Assembly: GCA_965112155.1 (NCBI GenBank)
Contig: OZ218098.1
Strand: one strand, 5' to 3'
Source: Podarcis liolepis
Lineage: Eukaryota
DNA: 64,000 nt
Positions within the stretch are counted from its first letter, which is position 1. The number at the start of each line of letters is the position of its first letter. Shown here piece by piece: positions 49,401 through 60,800 of the stretch. The notes beneath the pieces were generated by a model. That model was not told the DNA's origin. It saw only the letters and a list, made by a program, of their open reading frames with translations, and made no database searches. The translations under genes and the position numbers were made by a program.

Positions 49401-52400
49401 ATGATGGAGGCTCTCCGATTACGGGCTATATCATTGAATTACGTGACAGAGCTTCGATCAAGTGGGAACCAGCCATGACCACAGGAGCACATGACTTAGC
49501 TGGAACCTTAACTGATGTGGTGGAAAACAAAGAATACTTTTTCAGAGTCAGAGCTCAAAACCAGGTTGGAATTGGCAAACCTAGTGCCTCTACACATGCG
49601 GTGAAGATAATGGATCCAATTGGTTAGTATGCAGGCGATAAGAAAATATTTCTAGATAGTTATAATATCATTTGCTTATAAAATATGAAAACAGGAAAGA
49701 CTTGAGGTGAATCAGTTGATATATCTCAAACAAAAGTCCAGTGTTTATTATTCACTTTCATAGAAACCATTATATATGTTGTTTTGGGAAATTAGCAGTG
49801 TCAGAAAATGAAAATAATAGAAGCTCCACATAAGCTCTAAAGCAAGGACCACTGTTGATGTTCAATGAGGAAGGATTTATGGAAATAATACTGTAATCTA
49901 TTTAGTAGAAGACTGTGACAAGAATCTAGCAAGCTACTTTTGGCATACTCTAAGGCTTGTATATATGCACGAATGCATGGGTAGGCAAACTAAGGCCCAG
50001 GGGCCGGATCTGGCCCAATCATCTTCTAAATCTGGCCCGCGGATGGTCCGGGAATCAGAGTGTTTTTACATGAGTAGAATGTGCCCTTTTATTTAAAATG
50101 CATCTCTGGGTTATTTGCGGGGCATAGGAATTCATTCATTTTTTTTCTTCAAACTATAGTCCGTCCCCCCACAAGGTCTGAGGGACAGTGGACCAGCCCC
50201 CAGCTGAAAAAGTTTGCTGACCACTGCGCTAATGCCTATTGTTTCTATACACAACATGCCCCTATGTCACATCACATGTACTTTGGACATTCCTGCTAGT
50301 TTCAAAACAGCAGTTTGGCATGGGCTTTAAGATACTGTTGTATGAGGAACTCAAGAGTAGCCCTTCTAGACTTGTGGGACTAGTTGCATAGTTCTTCTGA
50401 TTCTGGCCATCTGTTATATTGTGCAAATCATTGTGTTTTGCAGAAAAACCAAGTCCTCCCATTAACCTCGACCATTCTGACCAAACTATGTCATCTGTGA
50501 AACTTACATGGGAACCTCCTTTGAAAGATGGAGGCAGCCCAGTACTGGGCTACATTATTGAAAGGCGCGAAGAGGACACAGACAACTGGATCCGTTGCAA
50601 CGCAAAGCTTGTGCCTAGTCTTAATTATAAGGTAGCATATTGTTTTCCGAAGTAAAATGCCTATTAAGGTTTTTTAAAAAAATAATAAATAGTGATTATT
50701 AATTATGACATTTTCCTCTGTCTTCATAGGTAACTGGGTTGAAACCTCTAGCCAGGTATTATTACAGAGTATCTGCAGAAAATGCTGCTGGTGTGTCAGA
50801 TCCTGCTGAAGCTATTGGACCACTGACTGCTGATGATCCTCACAGTAAGTTGAATTCTCGTTTCTTGCCATAGTCAACAGCTTGAAAGGAAAGATTGTGT
50901 TCATCTGAGACTATTCATGCTTGTTCATAAAAACAATACTTTAATATTGCTCTCATACGTTGGATACCAAAACCAGCCCCCATCTCAGCAGTAAAAGTCT
51001 AAAACAGGAGTGGGGAGACCATGTGGCCCTCTTGATGTTGTTGGACCCCAGTTCCAGCCAGTATGGCCAAAGGCCAGGGATTATTAGAGTTGAAGTCAAA
51101 CAACTTCTAGAGGGCCACAGGGTCTCTAGGCCTTCTAAGCTATACTAAAATGGAGGGAAACCCTTAACATTCACTAGGTAGCACTGTTTTACATTTACAA
51201 TTTGTCCTCTAAGGCTGCATTGCTAAACAAGTCAGAATTTTTTAATTTTTAAAAATTGTATTAAATTGAACATTTAGGTGTCTTTAAATTGGAGCAAGCT
51301 TATATATCGCCTTTCTATATTGCTAATTTCATCAGATTATGAAACAGTTTTATGATGTGTTCTCAATAGATAGAACACCACGTGAAGGCATCTATAATAA
51401 TGCTTTCCATTCAAACAGATTCCAAAGGCAATTGCCCTTTAATGGTGTTGTGGAGAAAAAAAGAAAGTTTATAACTTTAATCGGCATAATTTGTGTTTGT
51501 ATTTCAGCTGGACCAACAATGGACTTAAGCGGATTTAAAGATGGACTGGAGGTTATTGTTCCAGATCCCGTCAAAATACGTGTTCCTATTACTGGCTATC
51601 CAGTCCCAACTGCCACATGGTCTGTCGGCGACAAAGTTTTAGAACAGGGTGACCGGGTGAAAATTGACACGTCTGCAGCCTTTGCAGAGCTTGTTATTAC
51701 CCCAAGTGAACGGCCAGACAAAGGCATCTATACCTTGAAATTAGAAAACCCTGTGTCATCTGTATCAGGAGAAATCAATGTTAATGTCATTGGTGAGCAA
51801 TCCAATATATATTCTGAAGAATTGTATATAACCTGTTTTGTAAATAACCATGTGTGTAAAATCCAAAAGTTTCAACAAGCCAAATTTGTTATTAATAGCA
51901 CCATAGGAGCCAACTCCTAGGGCCCAAGGTCTCTTCACCCCCCCCAAAAAAAAATCTGAGGGGGATGGTCCTTCCCAAAGTTGATGGACGTGTGTTCGAT
52001 TGTGTGGGGCAGGGCTTATCTGGGCCTCCCCAATATTTTATTCAAGTTGGCACCCCTGAATAGTACTAAACAACAGCAGCATGTTTATTTATTAAATTTA
52101 TGTGCTGCTTTTCCTCCCAAGAGAGCCTAGGTTGGCAACTTCTATTGTACCATTTTGTTATGAAACCCTATAATACAACGGAGATCATAAACTTAGCTAT
52201 TAACAGTTAACAGTCTGTCCTAAGAATGCTTACTCAGAAGTAAGAATCCTTCTTTCTTTTTTAAAAAAAATGAAGCATGAATTAAAATCTAGTAGGTGTA
52301 ACCAAACAGCCAAAGTCTTCCATCAAAGAAAGAATAAGTAATATATATATATAATAATCGGTTTATAATATGATGGGTATTTATTTTTAGCTCGCCCAAG

Positions 52401-55400
52401 CACACCAAGAGAACTACAAATTGGAGAGATAACTAGGAACTCAGTCCAATTAAATTGGGAAGCGCCTGAAGATGATGGAGGAAGCCCATTGACTGGCTAT
52501 CTTATTGAAAAGCGTGAAGTGAGCCGCAAAACATGGGTCAAGGTACGCAGTTTCTTTAAAAAACCAAAACACCTATATTTCTAATATGTATTGCTGAAGA
52601 TGGTATGAAATATTCTGGTGCTTGCTATGGGGAAAAAAGTTCTGTAATTACTTGGAACCTCTCTTGTTTTTAGGTGATCGACAACGTCCTTGACCAAGAG
52701 TTCACTGTACCAGATCTGGTTCAAGGAAAAGAATATTTGTTCAGGGTCTCAGCATGTAACAAATGTGGACCAGGAGAGCCTGCTTACATTGATGAGCCTG
52801 TCAACATGTCAGCACCTGCTAGTGAGTTTTCTTAATTAACTATTCCTATTGATTTTGTATATCTGCATTTTACATAGTAACTTGTGCTATGCAACATAAG
52901 TATTGAAAGAAAGCAAGGAGCAGAGTTTGAATCAATAAGGGTTTGGTATGACTTACCTGTTGTATTAGAAAAACTGAGGCTTGGATCCAAAGATGCATAA
53001 TTGGAACTATGTGCAAAAAAAATCCACACACACACCCTTCTGCACTGCAGCCCTGAGTACCCACTGAAGAGCTGCTACTTAGTATTAAAATAAAAGGTAA
53101 AGGGACCCCTGGCCATTAGGTCCAGTCGTGACTGACTCTGGGGTTGTGGCGCTCATCTTGCTTTATTGGCCGAGGGAGCCGTCGTACAGCTTCTGGGTCA
53201 TGTGGCCAGCATGACTAAGCCGCTTCTGGCGAACCAGAACAGCACACGGAAATGCCGTTTACCTTCCTGTTGGAGCGGTACCTATTTATCTACTTGCACT
53301 TTGACATGCTTTCGAACTGCTAGGTTGGCAGGAGCAGGGACCTCACCCCGTCAATGGGAGCTCACCCCGTCGCGGGGATTCGAACCACCAACCTTCTGAA
53401 CAGCAAGTCCTAGGCTCTGTGGTTTAACCCACAATGCCACCTGCGTCCCTTGCTTAGTATTAGTGGACCCTCAATTGACAGAAAGCAGGGAGCTACCTTG
53501 CACAAATGGGTCTTTCCTGTTGTGCAGGGTACTTTTTGGATACCAACCAATGTGAGAAGAGCACCCCAGAGACAGTAAAGAATTAAAAAAACTAAGACAC
53601 ACTATAAGGCACACACTATATGCAAGACAATTATACATGTTCTTTCCTCCCCACCTTGCAGCGGTGCCTGATCCACCAGAGAATGTGAAATGGAGGGATC
53701 CAACATCTAAGTCCATTTTCCTCACATGGGATCCACCTAAGTATGATGGCGGTTCTCGTATCAAAGGCTACCTGGTTGAAAAATGCCAGCGTGGCACTGA
53801 CAAATGGGAGCCCTGTGGTGAGCCAGTCATTGAGACAAAGTAAGAGCTTGCAGTATGTAGAAAAATGTCTTACAAAATTGGATGGTTACATTTAAACACG
53901 CAGTACGCTGAACTTGTTTTCTGATTAACAGAATGGAAGTAACAAAACTTAAGGAAGGAGAATGGTATGCTTATCGCGTGAAGGCTCTGAACAGGCAAGG
54001 GGCAAGTAAACCAAGCAAGCCAACAGATGAAATCCAGGCTGTGGATGCAATGGGTAATTTTTGATTTCCCACTCATACTTAATCTATACTCTTGAAAACA
54101 CTGTGAATGTGTTTCTGCTGTTAACGCTTCTGTGCACAGTTGCGTGTTCTTTTTTAACAATATGTCGATTCTTCTCTCAAATCAGAGGCCCCTGAGATTT
54201 TCCTAGATGTGAAACTGCTTGCTGGAATCACTGTCAAAGCTGGAACTAAGATAGAGCTGCCGGCAAGGGTAAATGGAAAGCCCGAGCCACGGATTAGCTG
54301 GACAAAAGCTGAACAGACCCTGAAACCCGATAAAAGAATAACCATTGAATCCAAACCTAACCATTCCACAGTCATAATAACAGAGAGCAAGAGAAGTGAT
54401 AGCGGCACCTATATTATTGAAGCCGTAAATGCCAGCGGTCGGGCAACAGCTACAGTTGAAGTTAATGTCCTAGGTATGTTTTGTTTCCATAGAAATAACT
54501 TTCAATGTTTTCCTGACAAAATATTTGAATAGAAGAGGTTCAAACTACTGTTATGCTTCCACAGATAAGCCTGGCCCACCAGCTGCATTTGATATCTCCG
54601 ACATTACAAACGTATCTTGTGCTTTGACTTGGAATCCTCCTAGAGACGACGGCGGCTCCAGAATCACGAACTACGTTCTGGAACAAAGAGCTGCAGACAG
54701 CGAAGTGTGGCACAAACTATCATCCACTATCAAAGAAACAAAATTCAAAGTAACAAACCTAACACCACTTAAGGAGTACATCTTCAGAGTCAGCGCAGAA
54801 AACATGTACGGAGTTGGAGAACCAGCTCAGTCCGTTCCTGTCGTTGCTAAATATCCATTTGGTAAGTCTATTCGCTTGACAGAAAGGGCTGCTTGTCACA
54901 AGATGGCTGCCAAGGGAGCCTGCTAGAAACTATAATGTGGTAGCCACTCCACATGGCATGGCATTGATAGGTACCACTTCTCCATGTGGGTCAGTCCCCA
55001 TCATAATGTTTGTCTCCACACTATCATTGGTGACATGGAGATAAGCCTGTGGGTAAGGGTCAGTATTTATGGCAAGCTGGTACACATAAACTGCTTGTCA
55101 TGTGGAACCGGCAGCAGCCACAAAGAGACAGTTTCAAGCAGCCTCTACATGGCAACTGTACGTTTCCGAGCACAATTCAAAGTGTTGGTGCTGACCTTTA
55201 AAGCCTTAAACGGCCTCGGTCCAGTATATCTGAAGGAGCATCTCCACCCCCATCATTCTACCCGGACACTGAGGTCCAGCACCAAGGGCCTTCTGGCGGT
55301 TCCCTCACCGCGAGAAGCCAAGTTACAGGGAACCAGGCAGAGGGCCTTCTCGGTAGTGGCGCCCACCCTGTGGAACGCCCTCCCACCAGATGTCAAAGAG

Positions 55401-57824
55401 AACAACAACTACCAGACTTTTAGAAGACATCTGAAGGCAGCCCTGTTTAGGGAAGCTTTTAGTGTTTGATGTATTGCAGTATTTTAATATTTTTTTGGAA
55501 GCCGCCCAGAGTGGCTAGGGAAGCCCAGCCAGATGGGCGGGGTATAAATAATAAATTATTATTATTAATTTGATGAAATGGCATTTATTGCTACAGGTGC
55601 TTCCTATTACATTTGCACACAAGGAATTGCAAGTATGTCAATGTTCCCCTTTCTACTTCTTTGTACAGATCCGCCAGGTCCTCCGACACGAGTTCAGCCT
55701 GTTGAGATCACTAAAGATTCTGTAACCTTGACTTGGGTAGAACCAGATGAAGATGGTGGCAGCCCTATCACTGGTTATTGGGTTGAACGGTTGGACCCTG
55801 ATCAAGATAAATGGGTCCGTTGCAATAAAATCCCAGTTAAAGATACGACATTCAAGTAAGATCATTATATGTTTCGTTTTAAAAAATATATAGCTAGGTA
55901 ACAGAAGATTGCTATTTGTTTTTAGGTAAACAGCTGACTTTTATATACTCTTGAACTTGACTCCTTGTCATGCATTAGAATAAAATATTAACTGGTGCTC
56001 TGTAATAGCATTGAATAATTGTATTGCTATCTATACTTTGGGTCTACAATAACCATTGAAAATATCCTTACCTAAATCATGTTCATAACCATCCACCAGT
56101 GCCACTGAATAGGACAACTGTACTATGGGTGTTATCAGTAGCACCAATTTCTGCTATGGAAACAGTAGTGGGATTGTGACTTCTGATGTGATTCTACATC
56201 ACTGCAGCTGCTCATAAGATTAGTGCTGATATCAGAACTTCTTAGAGATGAATATAGTTTTCTGCTTTTTGAACTCCCAGTACAGTCGTACCTCGGAAGT
56301 CAAACGGAATCCATTCCGGAAGTCTGTTCAACTTCCCAAACTTTCGGAAACCAACGTGCAGCTTCTGATTGGCTTCAGGAAGCTCCTGCAGCCAATTGGA
56401 AGCCACGGAAGCCCTGTCAGACGTTCGGGTTCCAAAAAATGTCCGCAAACCGGAACACTCACTTCCGGGTTTGCGGCGTTTGGGACCCAAAACATCCGAG
56501 TACCAAGGCATTCAAGATCCAAGGTACAACTGTAATATGAATTTCTAATACAAGCTAGGGATATTTATTACACCCAAGCATTATTCATCCTTAGAGTTTT
56601 AAGTAGTACCAATATATATCATCTACTAATGAATAGTACAGAAATGCAGATTATATTACATCTGACCAGTGTCTGAGACTTTCTAGTGATACAGTAATAG
56701 GAAGGTCCTTCCTCCATGTACACAGGGAGTCTCTGGTTTAGGGTGATAGTATATATTTGCTCTGAACAGTTCAAAGGTATTGATTTTTTTAATGGATGAG
56801 GTACACTTGTGATGATGCAGAGTATTCAATTATAGTGTTAACTAGTAATAAGTATTACAAATTTTACATTTGGAGCATTATCATCATTACTATTAGGGTT
56901 AAAGGTCTCACGTTCCATAAGAAGTACAAGTTCCGTGTCGTGGCAGAGAATCTTGCTGGGCCAGGAAAGCCAAGCAGAGCAACAGAGCCAGTCTTAGTGA
57001 AGGATCCTATTGGTATGAAAGCATTTTTCTTAGATGAATTTTATAACTTACTCCAAGTCATAATGCTGGGTTTTCTAAACCAAGTTATCAATTCATGTCT
57101 AGATCCCCCATGGCCACCCGGCAAGCCAATTGTCAAAGACGTTGCCAAGACCTCGTGTTTCTTGAACTGGACGAAGCCAGAACACGACGGCGGTGCCAAG
57201 ATTGAATCGTATGTCATTGAATTGTTAAAGACTGGCACAGACGAGTGGGTGAGAGTGGCTGAAGGCATCCCCACACCAGAACACTTCCTCAAAGGGCTTA
57301 TGGAGAAACAAGAATATTCCTTCCGAGTCAGAGCTGTGAACAAAGCTGGAGAGAGTGAGCCTAGCGAGCCCAGCGATCCCGTGCTATGCAAGGAGAGACT
57401 GAGTAAGTTGGCCATTGCATTCTGCAGGAGAGCTTCTCCTGAGAGCCAATGTGGTGTAGTGGTTAAGAGCGGTAGACTCGTAATCTGGTGAACCGGGTTC
57501 GCGTCTCCGCTCCTCCACATGCAGCTGCTGGGTGACCTTGGGCTAGTCACACTTCTCTGAAGTTTCTCAGCCCCACTCACCTCACAGAGTGTTTGTTGTG
57601 GGGGAGGAAGGGAAAGGAGAATGTTAGCCGCTTTGAGACTCCTTCGGGTAGTGATAAAGCGGAATATCAAATCCAAACTCTTCTTCTTCTTCAAGTCCCA
57701 AAAGTATCAGAAGCCTGCTCCACAGTAACTTGGAGTGGGGCTTTCAGCGGGGCTGCCACTGTCTGTACTTGCAAAAGACAATTGAATATATTTTCGTTTC
57801 ATCCTCAGTTATTCTTTGTATTGT

Positions 57825-57884
<60 letters not shown>

Positions 57885-60800
57885 GTATTATACCCCGCCC
57901 ATCTGGCCGGGCCTCCCCAGCCACTCTGGGTGGCTCCCAACAGAATATTAAAAACATGATAAAACATCAAATATTAAAAACCTCCCTAAAAGGGCTGCCT
58001 TCAGATGTCTTCTAAAAGTCAGATAGTTGTTTATTTCCTTGACATCTGAAGGGAGGGTGTTCCACAGGGCAGGCGCCGCTACCAAGAATGGCATCTGCCT
58101 GGTTCCCTGTAACCTCACTTCTTGCAATGAGGGAACTGCCAGAAGGCCCTCAGCGCTGGACCTCAGTGTCCAGGCTGAATGATGAGGGTGGAGATGCTCC
58201 TTCAGGTATACTGTTTTTAGCTGCTTTTGTGATGTGATTGTAAATTGATATGTGACACATGTAAAGGATGATACATCAATTAATACACCATCACTAATTC
58301 ATTAGAACTATGGTTTGTGTTAAGGGTGCAATGGAAACATTAAAACATATTCAAATGAATAATATTTTGCTTTAATATTGTTACAGATCCTCCTTCACCG
58401 CCTCGATGGCTTGAGGTCATTAATATCACTAAAAACACTGCAGACCTTAAATGGACAGTACCAGAACGCGACGGAGGTTCTCCTATTACAAATTACATCG
58501 TTGAAAAGAGAGACGTACGACGGAAAGGCTGGCAGACGGTTGATACTACAGTTAAGGACACCAAATATACAGTGACTCCACTAACAGAAGGCTCTCTGTA
58601 TGTGTTCCGTGTGGCTGCAGAAAATGCAGTGGGGCAGAGTGACTACTGTGAAATTGAGGACTCTGTTCTTGCAAAGGACACCTTCAGTAAGTTTTCAAGT
58701 GCACACACTCAGAATTCAGCTTCAACAAACTATGTCATCATTTTTAAATTTCTGTTTTCCTAACTATCAATATTATTTAATTTAGCTACCCCCGGAGCAC
58801 CATATGCACTTACACCAGTCGAAGTGACAAAGAGACATGTCGACCTAAAATGGGAACCGCCTAAGAATGATGGTGGCAGACCAATTCTACGGTAAAAGAG
58901 AATTGTTTTTATATTTATTTTTTTGTAAACCACTTAGAGGTTCTGTTTACAATCAAGCAGCATATAGATTTTTAGATAGATAGAAAGAAAGATAGAAAGA
59001 TAGATAGATACAGACAGAATATATTGGGAAAGAGTATAAAATCTGGGGCAGGGAGAGATGATTAATAGAGAAAATTTATTTTTAAAGGTTCCAAAGTTTA
59101 TTGTGTTCATTATACACATTTATTATCTATTAGATGAGCAATGTTTCAAATCTAAATGAACGATTCGTTCTTGATTAAATCTTTCTACTTGGCCTGATCT
59201 TTTATTCCCCTTCCTTCCCTCTCCCTCCCCGTTTTATGAAGATTACCCGCTCTGGATCCTGCAGCTAATTCTCCCCTTTTCTCCACACTGGCCCAAATAA
59301 TTTACCCAGCTAGCCCTGGTGATCATCTAATGTTTATTGGATGGATTTCCCCCCTAAATTGATTTTTGAATTCTGAATTTATTGTTATTCATGTTTTATA
59401 CTGTTTTTTATGCTGTTTTTTGTTGCATCAATGAAGTGTTTTAGATTTGTTGTTAGCCACCCTGAGCCCAGTTTTCTGAACTGGGAAGGGCAGGGTATAA
59501 ATAAAAAATTATTGTTGTTGTTGTTTGAATTGTACGGATTCATGCACCTTATAAACATCTGTTCTTCACACAGATACGTTATTGAAAAGAAAGAGAAGCT
59601 TGGCACGCGCTGGGTGAAAGCTGGCAGAACATCAGGCCCTGACTGCAATTTCAGAGTGACGGATGTGATAGAAGGTACAGAGGTGCAGTTCCAGGTCCGT
59701 GCTGAAAATGAAGCCGGCTGTGGTCACCCTAGCGAACCGACTGACATCTTGGCAATTGAAGATCCAACAAGTGAGTTACGAACATTGGAAATTATAATCA
59801 ATGAAATATGTCTTGTGCCAAATAGAACGGCAGAAAATAACATTACTTATGTATTCCTGCAGGCCCTCCTTCACCTCCTCTGGACTTACACGTGACAGAC
59901 GCAGGAAGAAAACACATTTCGATTGCGTGGAAACCCCCAGAGAAAAATGGCGGCAGTCCTATAATCGGATACAATATAGAACTCTGTGAAGCAGGAACTG
60001 AAAAATGGATGAGAATAAATTCTCGACCAGTCAAAGATTTGAAATACAAAGCAGAAGAAGGTGTTGTCCCTGACAAGGAATATATTCTCAGGGTCAGAGC
60101 TGTCAACGCTATAGGGGCTAGTGAGCCATCAGACATATCAGAAAACGTTTTCGCCAAAGATCCAGATTGTAAGTATAGTTGTTTTCGAAACAGTCATGAA
60201 ATAAATTATAAATTGTGAAATTGCTTTGGTACACTAATTGAAATTATTTTTCTGTGTTTGCTTTTTTTTAAAAAAACAACAACAGGTAATCCAACTGTTG
60301 ATATAAAGACTACAGACCTCGTTGTGGTTGAAGGTGAAAAGTTAAGTATCCCTGTGCCCTTCAGAGCTGTTCCAACTCCAACTATTGCTTGGCATAAGAG
60401 TGGGAAGGAATTGAAAGCCGGTGACCGAACAACAATGAAGAGCGACCACATCTCTGCCTTGCTGGAAGTAACAAATGCAGTCCATGCTGATGCTGGCGTT
60501 TACACTATTACCTTGGAGAATAAATTGGGTTCAACAACTGGTACAATCAATGTCAAAGTAATAGGTAATTTATTTTTCTTATACCGGCAATTATGTGAAT
60601 TAGACTCATAATGGTGAATGGGTGACAAGATGCTCAGCTCTTAGTGTCAAGGACTGTGCTGAGGAGGGCTGCACTGAGGAGAAAGGTTGGGAGCCTCCCC
60701 CTCAGCCTCCCCATCCCCCTCCTCTGCATCCGGATCCTGAATCTTCCCAGGAGCAGGAGGAAAGTATAGATTTGGAACAGTGGTTTGCAGAGGGGCACAG

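Noticed and set aside
54984-55469. 161-aa ORF
   Set aside because: It is the C-terminal remnant of L2 ORF2 joined to intron sequence, with no reverse transcriptase core.
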